Notes: generated from the letters alone by a model not told the origin. Shown: positions 25,433-38,856, counted from the first letter of the whole stretch. The stretch: DNA of 57,959 bases, filler included, from Platydemus manokwari (GCA_037951405.1; 6 parts of 6 records of this genome joined end to end with filler, not necessarily neighbours in it), one strand, 5' to 3'. Translations and numbers: made by a program.

Positions 25433-28071
25433 ATGAATGAAAGTATGAATATTGTCAATTCCCCTCAAGCAGATGACTTCATTGACAAAACAAATTTTAC
25501 TCGTTCATGGCAACAAAATCAGTATCTTATTGATTCTGGAATCAATTCAGCATTAGAAAGTCATAGCCACAGCGTTAGCAGTAAACACGGGTATGAAGAC
25601 ATAGATTCTGAAGATCACAGTAAGAATGTAAAAGACTGGAAATATTCTTCTAATACTAATATCAATGATGGGCTATCAAATGATATTTGCATGCTAACCC
25701 CAGATACTCCTGGGAGTTCTGGGTGTTTAAGGCACGGAGGAGAAGGTATGGCTGATGTAAGTCTGTCAGCATGCTACGATACTAAAGAAGAAGCTAGTAG
25801 GAATACTGATTTTGCAATTGATATCGATAAAATAGAAGCTGAAAGTGCTATACCTGATTTAATTAAATTAATTCATGATGAAGACGATGCTGTTGTTATT
25901 AACGAGGCAACGATGATGGTTTTTCAGTTAAGTAAGACTGATGCGATAGATGCCCTCATAAATTCTAAAGAAATGATATCTTGTATGATTGAAGCTATGA
26001 ATAAAGCAGAACACGCAGAAGCAGTAAGATTCTTGGCGGGTGCTATTTACAACATGTCTCAGAAGAAAAACGGATTAAAAGTAATTTATGAAATAAATAA
26101 AAATTTAATGATATGAATTCTAGATTATTTTTGAAGCTAATGTCATTCCTTGCTTGGTAAAATTACTTGGGTTTTCCATGGAATCTGTTTTATTTTATGC
26201 CATTACAACTTTACATAATTTACTTTTATACCAAGAAGGAGGTAAAGAAGCAGTTAGAGCAAGTGGCTGTATTCCAAAAATGGTTGCTCTTTTACAAAAA
26301 AATAACATTAAGTTTTTAACTATATGTACTGATTGCTTACAAATTTTGGCGTTTAATCACCAACCTAGTAAATTGGAAATTTTAAAACATGGGGGCCCTT
26401 TACATTTGATTCATATTATTAAAAGTTATGATTATGAAAAGCTATTATGGACTGCTACTAGAGTTCTTAAAGTATTAAGCGTGTGCTCTGCCAATAAGCC
26501 TGTAATTATCAGAGAAGGGGGTATGGATGCATTAACAAATATTTTATATCATACTATACAAAAAAATTCAAACATTGAATCGTATCAGCCTATTTTGCCA
26601 ACAGAAAATGGTGAATCGTATCCACATTTCAGCCAGAGACTTTTACATAATTGCTTATGGACTCTTAGAAATTTGTCTGATGCTGCTACTCGTTTAAATT
26701 TTGATCATTTACTAAAAGTTTTGGTCCAAATATTAATGAATGCATCTAATTCTATCCAAAGGCAAAGTACTCATATTGACACAAATGTTATAACCTGCGC
26801 TGCAGGAATATTGTCAAACTTGACTTGTAACAACCAATATAACAAAATTACATTTTTCAAGGTACAAATATAATAATATGATTAATTATTAAACTGTTTG
26901 TAGCTTGGTGGGGTTGAAGCTATTTTGAGGACAATCGAGTGGAATTTAGCTTTAACTAATCCTTCAAACGCAGCAACCAAATTAAATTTAAATAATTACT
27001 TTCCTGATGACATTTTTGAACCTTGTATTTGTACTTTAAGACATATTTCGAGTCGTCACGAAGAAGCAGAAGCTGCTCAAACTGCAATTTTACACTTTCA
27101 AGGATTGCAAGGTCTTATTAGGATTATAGAAATGCAATTGGGTCCGGATCTTTTTCATATGCAATCACATCAGCCTATAATGCCGAATCTGTTTTTGTCA
27201 TATTATAAAATTAATTGGAGCCTTGTCAAAGCCATTATTGGTCTTATAAGAAACCTTGCGATGTCTTCATGTAATTTCATTCCTATTCGGGAACGTGGTT
27301 TTGGTTGGCCAATGGTAGTTTTAATCAATCGAGCTCAAATTGATCTAATGAATAAAGTTAGATTATAAAAGTTTATTTTATTATTTTTAATTTGTGTAGA
27401 ATACTTGTACAAGTGCTTTGCCAAAAGATAAGCTTTTAGAAGAGATTATTGAAGTTTCTTGTGGAGCACTACATATGCTTGCAAAAGATCCAGGAATTCG
27501 AGTGCAGATTACATCTATGAAGGTTTTTAATTATGAGTTATTAATTATAATTAATATATTAATGAAGTTATGGCAAAGATTAATTAATTATCCTCAACAA
27601 ATTGGTATTCAACCTGCTGTTTACGTAATTGCCAGCCTTTTATTCAATCACTTGGAATCAATTCAAAGAGTAGCGGCAGGGCTACTTGTTGAAGTTTCAG
27701 CAGAGCGCCTAGGATTAGAGTTAATAATTAATCAAATCGTGATTACTAATAAACTCAATGAAATGGTTCATTCTAACAATGAAGCTATATCTACATACGC
27801 TTCTGCTATTCTTATCAGAGCAACTGAAGAAAAAAATAAACGATATGTAACATCGCATAACTATGCGGGTATTCCTCAAAGTTCAAATAATTTAAGAAAT
27901 AATCTTTCAATATCGTTGCCTAACAATCAAGGTGGTAGTTCTGGCTATTTGAGTTCAATTTTAAATTCTCCAATTTTACACAACCAACCATCATGTGTAA
28001 GTCACAGGCACAATACTGTATCACAATGTGGTGATCAAAATATTTCCACAAGTAGTTTTATATTTAATTAA
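25433..28071 (+). CDS. CTNNB1: Beta-catenin, signalling type (planarian beta-catenin-1-like), 5 exons, about 821 aa
   Basis: Exons 25433-26080, 26124-26861, 26904-27356, 27400-27522, 27568-28071. [14 protein letters not shown] phosphodegron (S33/S37/T41/S45 spacing); ARM signatures [108 protein letters not shown]. The 3' end is uncertain (possible donor near 28052). Confidence 0.95.
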
Positions 28072-28767
28072 TATTATTTTTTGTAGTGAATTATAAAAAA
28101 ATACAATTTACATAATTATTTAATAATGTTCAAATTTTGAGATTTTATTATTGATTTTTTGCAAATATAAAACGAAATTTTGATTTCTGAATTTTACTTG
28201 TTAAATTATTATTATCATCTTTTAAAGAAAGAAACTACCAGTTAGCAACAATATTTAAACTTTCTTTGATTTTTCGCAGTTTCTGATTTGAACCTTTATT
28301 TGAAAATTTTTGAATTTTGGAAGATAATGAATGGATAACTACAAATTTCTCGAGATTAATCATTTATTTCAACAACTATAAAAGTTTTTGTAATTAAATT
28401 TCAGAGAACCTTTTTTCTAATTTAAATATAAAATTATACAATTCAAAATTAAATATAATATCTATATTCATTTTATAAATTCTGTGTCGTATACTTCTTT
28501 ATTCCATTATTAGAGTTTCACAAAATTTCAGCTGTATGCTATTTAAAAAGTTTATATTGGAAACAGATTTTATTCATTGTTATTTTTAGACATGGTTAAG
28601 AACTAACAATTCAAATGCATTATTTAAATACATAAACCATTGATAAATTTATGCGATCTAAGTTCCAAAAAGCCAATTTAATAGTATGAATGATCTTAAC
28701 AAAAAAACTATTGAAAACTTCTTTGGTATTACATGATTGAATGTATTTTTAACAGCCGATGAGCTAT

Positions 28768-28867
28768 NNNNNNNNNNNNNNNNNNNNNNNNNNNNNNNNN
28801 NNNNNNNNNNNTTAATTAATTAANNNNNNNNNNNNNNNNNNNNNNNNNNNNNNNNNNNNNNNNNNNN
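28768..28867. other. Artificial contig linker
   Basis: 44N-TTAATTAATTAA-44N. Confidence 0.97.
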
Positions 28868-30163
28868 ACGACATTATATGCAAGCAATACTCCCAGCGAC
28901 ATCTTTTATCAAATCGAAATTTTAAGGTTATACACCCAATAATTGTTTAAAACTACCAAATCAATTCACATAATCTATTGAATAAAATCATATTATAGAA
29001 TCAATAAACCAATTGACAAAAGTGAACTGAAAAGAGATTTGACAATCTTTACTCGTTTTGGACGTTACAGTTTCAATTGTTGCTAACCAAAGGATTGCAA
29101 AACAAATTGCTTTGTCACATATCGATTTTAATTTGGTTACACAGATTTTATAATATCAAATGTTTTCATATGATGTTCATTCTCATTGAATTGGACAATC
29201 CCATAAAAAAATAAAACCACGAAATTTGGCAGGAGATATACATCGAAATGCAGCGCAATCATTTGAAAAAGAAACAATTTTTTTTCAATTGGTAAGGGCA
29301 ATTTTTTATTAAGACAGAAACATTAAAAATGCGAAAATCTTGCTTTAATAATAATGAAACTCACTTTTTTTTGATTTAAGAAAGACAAAAACGATAACTC
29401 AAATAATTTGTGAATATTTAAAATCAAAGTATAAGTTTGGGTTGTGTAAGGACAACGGCAAGTTATTTGAAAAATAATTTTTCACAACCATAATCATTTT
29501 TATTAGGTAATTTTCAAAAGACATTTTCACTGTAAAAGATTTATCAGAAAAATTGTAATTTTATGCGTGTAAATTTTGTAAATAAAATGGCTTTGAAAAT
29601 AGTAATGAATGAATTAGCAATGGGCAGCTGGAGAAAAATAACTTCAGTTCTAGAAACGAGATTTTGTAAATTGAATGATTTATTTTGAAAATCATTTAGA
29701 TAGATATCATTTATAAAATATCATCAAAATATTATCTATAAAACATGTCCAATAAATCCAGATCCGATCCTATAATCCATGTTAAAAGACAAAATTATTG
29801 TTAGAAATGAGAGTTCCTTCTAATAAAAAATATTAATTGCTACAATAGTCAACTAATTTTTCTTTTATTTCTATATAAGATCTTCTGTGTGAGCTAATTC
29901 TATTAAAATGTCATCTTAAAATGATCTTTATATGAAATGTATACAAATATAATAAATATATTAGTTAGAATATAGACCTCGAGGATTTTTCCAAGTAATA
30001 TCATTAAACGTACCTTTCAATCAGACAAAGAATAATCATTAAAAGATAATACTTTAGATGATTAAAATATTTAACATTTAAACAATAAATTTATATCAAA
30101 CATGTGTTTAGATATGACTGTCAGAATCGGGTGTATTCTATTTTCAGAGTATCCTTTGCAAAT

Positions 30164-30627
30164 NNNNNNNNNNNNNNNNNNNNNNNNNNNNNNNNNNNNN
30201 NNNNNNNNNNNNNNNNNNNNNNNNNNNNNNNNNNNNNNNNNNNNNNNNNNNNNNNNNNNNNNNNNNNNNNNNNNNNNNNNNNNNNNNNNNNNNNNNNNNN
30301 NNNNNNNNNNNNNNNNNNNNNNNNNNNNNNNNNNNNNNNNNNNNNNNNNNNNNNNNNNNNNNNNNNNNNNNNNNNNNNNNNNNNNNNNNNNNNNNNNNNN
30401 NNNNNNNNNNNNNNNNNNNNNNNNNNNNNNNNNNNNNNNNNNNNNNNNNNNNNNNNNNNNNNNNNNNNNNNNNNNNNNNNNNNNNNNNNNNNNNNNNNNN
30501 NNNNNNNNNNNNNNNNNNNNNNNNNNNNNNNNNNNNNNNNNNNNNNNNNNNNNNNNNNNNNNNNNNNNNNNNNNNNNNNNNNNNNNNNNNNNNNNNNNNN
30601 NNNNNNNNNNNNNNNNNNNNNNNNNNN
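30164..30627. other. Scaffold gap (464 N)
   Basis: N run without linker core. Confidence 0.97.
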
Positions 30628-32459
30628 ATCGGATTTCATCGAGGAGTAGCACAAATTGATCATTAATCATATTCAAATCAGAATAGCTTAAACAATAAAC
30701 TCAATAAATGTTTCACCAATATTTAAAATTCAATATACATGTTTGCAGGATTCGCTTTAATTAATCGACTATATTGAATTAGGTTAGTCCTGGAATCACA
30801 ATGATTTCTATGTCCTATCATTGAGTATATTGAGTAACTTGCGAACTTCGCACGAGTCCCTTCTAATTCATATATAGGGAAAATTTCCAATAATAAATAA
30901 CAATAATAACATAATTTAAACGATAATTATTCCAACTCGATCATCAATACATCGATAACAATATCAGTCCATTATTTACAATCCAGTGAAATAATAATTT
31001 TCAAATTTTATTGCCATTGAGGAAAAACTGACCCTTTATTTGTGTTAACATAAATTAACATAAATCAATCTTAATTTTGAAATACACACACACAAGATTG
31101 TAGTGAATTTCTTGATTTTGGTTTAAATATAATTTCAAGTAAGCAAGCTGGGATGAAATGGAACATTCTGATATATATGATATGTCAATGTTGGAATAAA
31201 TTAAAAAATAAAACCCAAAATTTAAATACATTTCCATAAAACAATCAATATATCAATGATGGTTCACTATTGAATTTAAAGATTTATCAAACATGTTTTG
31301 AAGGAGCAAACATTAGAAATTGGTATTGCAAGTCTATATATGGGTTTTCGGCCTCAATTATGAGTTTTGTATGTCAGACCTTCAATTTATATGGTCCATA
31401 ATCCATGTGTAAACTAATAAATCGATATTCATCTAGTTATTAAAATCATAGAACATCTATCAAAACAGTTGACTGAAACAAACAATAAAAAATCAATTTA
31501 TTGATGCTTTGATCTTTCTAAATAATCTCTTGTTAATAAATTTTGATTATTTTCATATAAATCACCTTCGATCTAATGTGTACAACTATTATTACGTAAC
31601 AATTATACCAGGAATATTTTCAAAATAACAAATGTATTTCAATATTAGTAATTAAAGCTTCATATCCGATAGTTTTCCATCTTTAGTGAAAAAGCAGAGT
31701 TTATTATTTCTGATAACCGTGTACGAAATGATTTCCTTTCACATTGTAGCTGAAAAATTACTTGTTTAAGCAGTTTATGAATGATTGCTGAATACAGCAT
31801 TGAATAATTTCCAACAGATAATCTACCGATGTATCGATTTCATAATATTTGGTTTAAGGCATCTGTTGTCAGTGTATTTTGGTTTTCCTAACCAGCCAAT
31901 ATTTTACATATGAGAATTATCGATAGCGAAACAATTTATTCAAAAAAATCTTTCGAATCTGAGAAATTCATTCATCAAATGAAACCAATTCTTAACATCG
32001 ATATTGATTAATTATTCTCTATCAGTTTCTTTGAACATTTATTTATAGCAAATAAAATTTCAACAAAATTTTTTATCAAGACAGAAAAATACTTTTCTCG
32101 TTGATTAAACTTATTTTTATTTGGTTTTATTATTGAGATTATTTTCTTATAATATTTAAGTTTCTCTTTTTAAATTTCTTTCTTAATATAGCACCAATTC
32201 GTTTCAGATTCAGATAATTTATTCACATTTTTAGATGTTTATATATACGGATATGGTTGCAATGAATCATTATCTCATTTATTTTATATTGGCTTATTCA
32301 TATTCATATGATTATTTCATTAATGATTTAAAGATATATCGGTCCATTAGGAATGAAATGTGCTAAAATCCATTGTGCTATTAATGTGTATGATTGAATC
32401 TAAATATGTTGAATGCACTACTGGATTGTCAGAAATTAATATCAACCCTTTACATTAAG

Positions 32460-35400
32460 GTATATGGCAAAATTTATGCCATCAGACATGTTATTACTGA
32501 AAGCTAAAAGTCAACATATCGATTTGAACTATATTCAGTGTGATGCTGAACTTCTTTGGCTCAATGCTCTGTTCGGCAGAGTGGCTTGGGACGTTTTTCG
32601 TGGCAGTTATTGGAGTAAAGTTATTCGTGAAAAAATTCAGAAAAAATTGAAAAAATTGCATGTAATTTCATCATCAATTAATAATCATTCTGTGATAGAA
32701 TTTTTTTGATCTCTTTTAGCTGCCATATTTTATCGATAAACTAGAAATAATTGATATTGATCTCGGTACAGAACTACCTGTAGTAAGAAAAGTTAGCCGT
32801 CCATATTTGGATTACAGAGGTTTGTGGGTGGAATTTGATATGGTTTATGCGGGTGGATTTTCAATGGGACTCGAAACCAAGGTAGTTTATATACCTTTAT
32901 AAAAGTAGCTTATAAAATCTTACAATAAGAAAATCGATAAAAAAATATGCCTACATTTATTTGAGTGTTCCATAGAAGGCATTTTCATTGAACGAAAGAA
33001 TTATTAATATTTATCGATTTATTAATGTTCATCGATTTATTGATTTATTAATACTTATCGATTTATTCATACTTATCGATTTATCAATATTATCCGAAGA
33101 AATTGATTAAAAATAATTTTCACTTCAAATACATCAAAAAATTAGATAAGCTAATATGTGTATAATGAATTTTGAAATTAAATTTATAATGATTTTTGTC
33201 AGTTCACTGGTTACCGTTTGAAATCAATTTTAATTTAATTATTCTCATAACATTACATCTCTCATCGATCAATGATGGTTTAAACAATGATTTTGATTTT
33301 TATGAAAATTTCTGATATTAATCATACCATATATTTCACATATCAATTTAATGATTATTTCATTTATTATCGAAATGATCGAGATTATTATTGTTTTACA
33401 ATGCTTCTGAGGGTTTAGTGATAAATCAGATTCGTTGTTATTTTTCAATATTGGATTGGGTTCCGAATAATAATTCTCTTATCTGTGGATTCGAACTCAT
33501 TTGATTTTTGGTATCTGCTTTAGTTGCACTTAGATTTCATATATTAATAATGATAATAATAACTAAAATTATCAAAATTATTATTATTTTAATTCTATCA
33601 GGTGTAAGCAAAAGTCCATACAATTTTTTTGATACCAAATTCTATTATCAGTGTTTTAGTCGTGTAAGCCTTTATTGTGATATTCCCCTATTTATTATTA
33701 AGTTAAAGACTTAATAGCGAGGTAATCGGCAATAGAATTTTCTATCGAAAATGATTATTCGTGTAATATTAATTTATGAGTAAGGCTTTGGTAAAAATCA
33801 ATATGTTTATTGTGTTGGATTATTATCAATAAAACACACACACAAACAGTTAAAACAGTGTGTGATTAATCACATTAACGTAATAGAATTACAATTCAAG
33901 TTCACTCACGGAAACCATAAGCAAAGATAAAAAATCACAACGAGTTCATCACCCGAAAGATAGAATTTATTCACAAATTTATTTGATCAAAAAGACTAGC
34001 AATTTCTGTCAAGAAATTTATTTTACATGCTTGATTACTACGTGTCAATAAATTGACTTGTGAAGCAATATTTATTTTGTAAAGGTTTCTAGATCTTACT
34101 TAAAAATTTTGTTTAAAAATGTTCTTCTTTCTTCGATGCCATTGGATATGTGAACGTTCGTGTCCTTTTGTTGATATGCGTTGATCAAGGACCGAAATCC
34201 GATCAATTGGCATCGATTAGGAGTGACTATTGTGTTAAATAACGGGGTTTATCTAAGGCTTTTCCGATCGTAAAATGGAATCATTTCCGGTACACTCTAC
34301 AACTGTCACATGAATGACAATAAGATAATATTATTATTCGGATAATTTTCATTTTAAATATTATTTGTAATAATTGATGAGATATTCAAATATCGATCCT
34401 TAAACTGGATCACAATAAATAAACATATTAACTGAGCCTGCTATCAATGAACAGAAGACTTTGAAATCGATATACTATTGGATTACTTATTGTAAATATA
34501 GTTGCACAGGTATGAATATCATATATCTACGGTTATATTTTTACTAATATCCAGACTGTTACCGATGTCAATAAGGTTAAGTAATTACAGAAATTATTAG
34601 TGTTTTGATTAAAAAAAATGTTAGCTTGAATTTGATCTGTGAGCGATGAAATTTGGAAATGAATAAATTTGGATATTATTATTATTATTAACAATTATAA
34701 TTTGTCAGCAACACTCAATAAATTTTCAATTACCTAGACCTGATTATTTGTTTTAATGAATGTGTTTTATCTTAACAAATGCTTTATGACTTTATTAATT
34801 CCTTGTTATTGTTCTCTAAAACAGAGCTAAGGTGCCGAATAAAAACCGATTTACAAAATTGGAATTATTTTTCAATTGTTTGTGATTTTATAATAATTTG
34901 TTTAAATGAAATCCATTTTTTAAGTCCAACCAATAATGGTATGATGATTATTTTAATTAAACAAAAATCAATAAATAAATTGTTGACTTTGTTGGATTGG
35001 CTGAACATTGTATTTGTATAAAACATGAAATTTAATGGGATAATTAATTCAGATAAATCTTATGAAACTGAAAAACTTGGCAGCCAATCAGAAAACAGCA
35101 CACAATAAAGGTAAAAAAGCAGATTTTACTGTCAAATATAATGCAGACGCTATTCCATCTATGTCTGAACCGGGTTATTTTTAAAGTCACCATTAATAAA
35201 TATAACCATTTAATTGTGTATAGTTGATTCTCCTGAGACTGATCTTAATTATGATGTTAGCATGGATACAAAATTACAAATGCATATGGCCACCGGGGGT
35301 GGAGCAGTGGGAGCTGATGAAGTAGATGATGACAAATTAAATACCCATTCATCCAGTGATGATAGTTTTGCCAGTAGTAGTGAATCAGAAGCATCTATGG

Positions 35401-37550
35401 ATAGGTAACATTTGTTTCTTTTCTTTCAAAACTCATAATTCTTCATAATTCACATCGACTTTTATGTGACTCTATCGCGAGACTGGTGATGTGTAGGGAT
35501 TTATGGAAAATTTTTTTAAAAGCTTAATTATCGTTAATGAAACCAAACGAAACGAGTAATTTATTATCGATCAAGTGTAAAATAAATGCTCGATACACAG
35601 TAGTAGATATTATCATGTGAAATTGTTGAAACTAATTGATAAATGGTGTTCTGGAAATGTTAATCGATTCAATAATTCTAACGGTTGTTACTAATTTTAG
35701 AATTTTCTCTTCTACCAGTAATAATTGAGTGTTCAATTAGTTCAGTAAAACAATTGTAAAATTTTATTATAATTTTATCATTGAAATTGTTGCTGTTCTT
35801 CTGGTTGATTGGGATTTCATTTCACATTTGAATCATATTTAATATACATATACAGATCCACAATTGATTTGATAATATTGATTTGATTTGATCTTCATTA
35901 TTGTTTGTATTGACAGAATTGTTTTCTTTTATCATTTTTTCAATAGATTTCCACAAGAAGCTGAATTACAGTAAGTAAATGGAGGCATGTGTTAACCATA
36001 TTAATTCATTGATTGCATATTGATTATTTGTAATAATTGTTACGTTTTCTAAATTTTTTCCCTTAATTAATAAAATCGATAATAAATCGTTATTTGGCAT
36101 ATTTTTGAAATATCTGATTTTTTAACTGGATGATTGTAAGCTATTGTTACTTGATGTAGCACGCTTTTAAAATGAACCGAAATGATATCTTTAAATATAA
36201 TGATATAAACAAGTGAATATTATTTTATATAAAATTTGAATGAAATTTTCAAGAATTTAATCCATTTAACAATTCTCACATTTCCTTTATTTAAAATATT
36301 TGATTTTATTTGAATTTCTTAATCATCTCTGTATCGAATATTCTACATATTTATCTACATACAAATCTCTAATTCTTCTGTTTTCTTTATAATCTTTTTT
36401 GTATCTCCTCTATATCTTATTTATATATTCTCAATATATTTTATTCCTTATCTTCTATAATTTTTTAGTCATTGATTTTCTCATAATCGAATCTACATGT
36501 GTGATCGCCATTTAAACCGAAATGAAACTGAAAAGTCACGGCATTAAATTATATGTTTAAATATAATTATATAAATAAATAAATATAATTTTATATAAAA
36601 TTGGAATTAAATCTTTAAAAATTTATTTATTTTATTTATTTTTTATTCTCATTTAAGAATATTAATTATTATTAATTATATATAAAATATTTGAGTTCTT
36701 TTAGTTAAAATATTGTTTAATTTACCGGAGAAATCTTGTTAGGATAACATATAAATATATCCGAATAATTATTCAGCTATATATCAAAGGAAAAATCTTT
36801 TTTTGATAATTTATTTCAGCTAATTGATTCTATAAGTTAAAACAATAGAAAAATATCCACGAAAAACCATATATAATCACTTATCATGTCATGGAAATGG
36901 TTTGTAATCGAGATATTTTTCGATTATTTTCCTCATTGTCACTCTGTACAAGTAATTGCCATGGGGCAATTCTTTCTCAGATTTCTTTGGCTTCAGTTGG
37001 CCATCACATTGATTTTTTTTGGATTATTTTAATTTCTTGTGAACATTTTCTATAGAAAATCAATTTATTGAAAAGCTTCAATGGTTTTTGACATTTGGAC
37101 GAGATAATATTGTTCTAATGTTACAAATATAAAATTGATTTATTTTGTTTTTGCACTTTTCAAATAATTGATTTTCCAATTTGGGTATTATTTGTTTTAA
37201 ATCTCAAAGTTATTATCATCTGATATTTATTCGTTTCCTTGGTTTTCATTATTCATTACAATGGTCATGATTTTTGATAGCATCGATATTTGTGTTTTTG
37301 ATCTGTTTTGATTGCTTTTGATCGATTAAGTATCTTTGATTGATGTATATCGTTTTGACAAATTTACTTTGATCAAATTAATTCCTGATCATTATCTAGA
37401 ATGCAAAATCAAGCTCCCGGTTCATCAAATAAAAGTTTCATGCAGTGGGTTGACAAAATTGCTCGATCCACTTATTTCCAGAAAGCTGCTGATAATAAAT
37501 ACGTTCAAAGGACCATGGAATATGTTTCCAATACCAGTCTTGTGTTACAG
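32460..37550 (+). CDS. TEX2: TEX2-like SMP-domain lipid-transfer protein, internal exons (partial)
   Basis: Phase-consistent exons 32460-32661, 32720-32881, 35053-35110, 35224-35404, 35947-35970, 37400-37550. WLNALFGRVAWD...KIQKKLKKLHLPYFIDKLEIIDIDLG...YLDYRGLWVEFDMVYAGGFSMGLETKINLMKL, acidic/Ser linker, then MQWVDKIARSTYFQKAADNKY...VSNTSLVL, matching TEX2. Confidence 0.92.
33001..33096. repeat. Minisatellite, unit of about 18 bp (ATTTATTAATACTTATCG), about 5 copies
   Basis: Recurrent ATCGATTTAT core in TEX2 intron. Confidence 0.75.
36155..36652 (-). mobile_element. Diverged second copy of the TRIM family, in a TEX2 intron
   Basis: Minus strand shows PBS-like TGGCGATCAC (36510-36501), a purine-rich internal region, and AAAATCAAATATTTTAAATAAAGGAAA-TGTGAGA, closely matching the PPT/LTR junction at 52076-52110. 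LTR ends are approximate. Confidence 0.65.
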
Positions 37551-38018
37551 GTTAGTTATTTGATGGAATTTTCTTTTACATAAGGGGAATGATATTTCTC
37601 AATAGATTTTTGTTTCTTATGTTATCATTGAAATATTGACGTTATTTATTTATAAAAGGTGTTTATAAGTGGGTAGTATTGCTATATTTCAATGGGATTC
37701 AGAGATGTTGCGTTTATACAAATTTACCAGAATCTCATTTAATGAAATCTTTACCGAATGCGGGTTTTTTGGAAGAAAACATATCCAGTATTTGACGAGA
37801 TCCATTAGTCGGTTAAAAATTCATTTTCACAAATTATGGCCTTGACAGTTAGAGATTTTAAAGACATTGTTTAGAAATTTTCGAACTCTTCAACGCTTAG
37901 TGATGAAAATCTAATCTCATACTCTCCTAAGCTAAGCAAAAATATGGGCTCCAAACATGTATTTAATATAAAAATCTGCAGTAATAAATATGCTGATCAA
38001 AGATACTTTTGATATGAT

Positions 38019-38044
38019 TATATATATATATATATATATATATA
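38019..38044. repeat. (TA)n microsatellite
   Basis: Direct reading. Confidence 0.9.
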
Positions 38045-38131
38045 CAGTAAAAATCGCTTAATAGTTGCTTTTTTCGGGACCAGAAAAATTTTTGTTATTA
38101 TGAGATATTTGTTATTAAGCGATTCATCTTG
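38045..38131. mobile_element. 87-bp pogo/Tigger-like MITE
   Basis: TA|CAGTAAAAATCGCTTAATA ... TATTAAGCGATTCATCTTG|TA: imperfect TIR with a 12-bp perfect core (AATCGCTTAATA) and TA flanks. Confidence 0.65.
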
Positions 38132-38180
38132 TATACATAATAATGGATAAAATAATGAAGTTTTAACATTTATTCAAAAA

Positions 38181-38280
38181 NNNNNNNNNNNNNNNNNNNN
38201 NNNNNNNNNNNNNNNNNNNNNNNNTTAATTAATTAANNNNNNNNNNNNNNNNNNNNNNNNNNNNNNNNNNNNNNNNNNNN
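38181..38280. other. Artificial contig linker
   Basis: 44N-TTAATTAATTAA-44N. Confidence 0.97.
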
Positions 38281-38640
38281 ATGGTTTTCACTTTCAATAC
38301 GTAATACTTGGTAGATATCATTTATAATATGTCAGGAACTTATTAATTGATATCGAGTCAAATAATTGTTTTTTGTTGTAAAAACCACTGGCATTCACTA
38401 ATAATATATGAACCTGATTTATTTGCTAATATCGACGATAGGATACCATTAGTAATCCAAATGATTTACCAAGCTGAGTTTAACGTCACATAAAATATAA
38501 CTATTTTTAAAAGTAATCTTGTGCATCAATGAAATTCGATAAAATGTTTATTGCGATTGTTTAAAATGTCAAAATTTTGCTGCAAATTGGAATTGATTTG
38601 CCCTGTGTCAAAAATAATTATTAATATTATAAAATTAAAT

Positions 38641-38781
38641 NNNNNNNNNNNNNNNNNNNNNNNNNNNNNNNNNNNNNNNNNNNNNNNNNNNNNNNNNNNN
38701 NNNNNNNNNNNNNNNNNNNNNNNNNNNNNNNNNNNNNNNNNNNNNNNNNNNNNNNNNNNNNNNNNNNNNNNNNNNNNNNNN
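38641..38781. other. Scaffold gap (141 N)
   Basis: N run without linker core. Confidence 0.97.
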
Positions 38782-38856
38782 TAAAAAAATTGTCAGTTTT
38801 AAAAAATTTATTAACTTTAAATAAAGTTCAAAATATATGTTAACAAATTATATGTG

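Noticed and set aside
28052-28115. Extra terminal beta-catenin exon via a 35-nt intron
   Set aside because: Intron shorter than all others here and the added peptide is uninformative; left as uncertainty.
30071-30676. 180-200 aa ORFs
   Set aside because: They span the N gap.
33001-33096. CRISPR-like array
   Set aside because: Tandem AT-rich units without unique spacers, in a eukaryotic intron.
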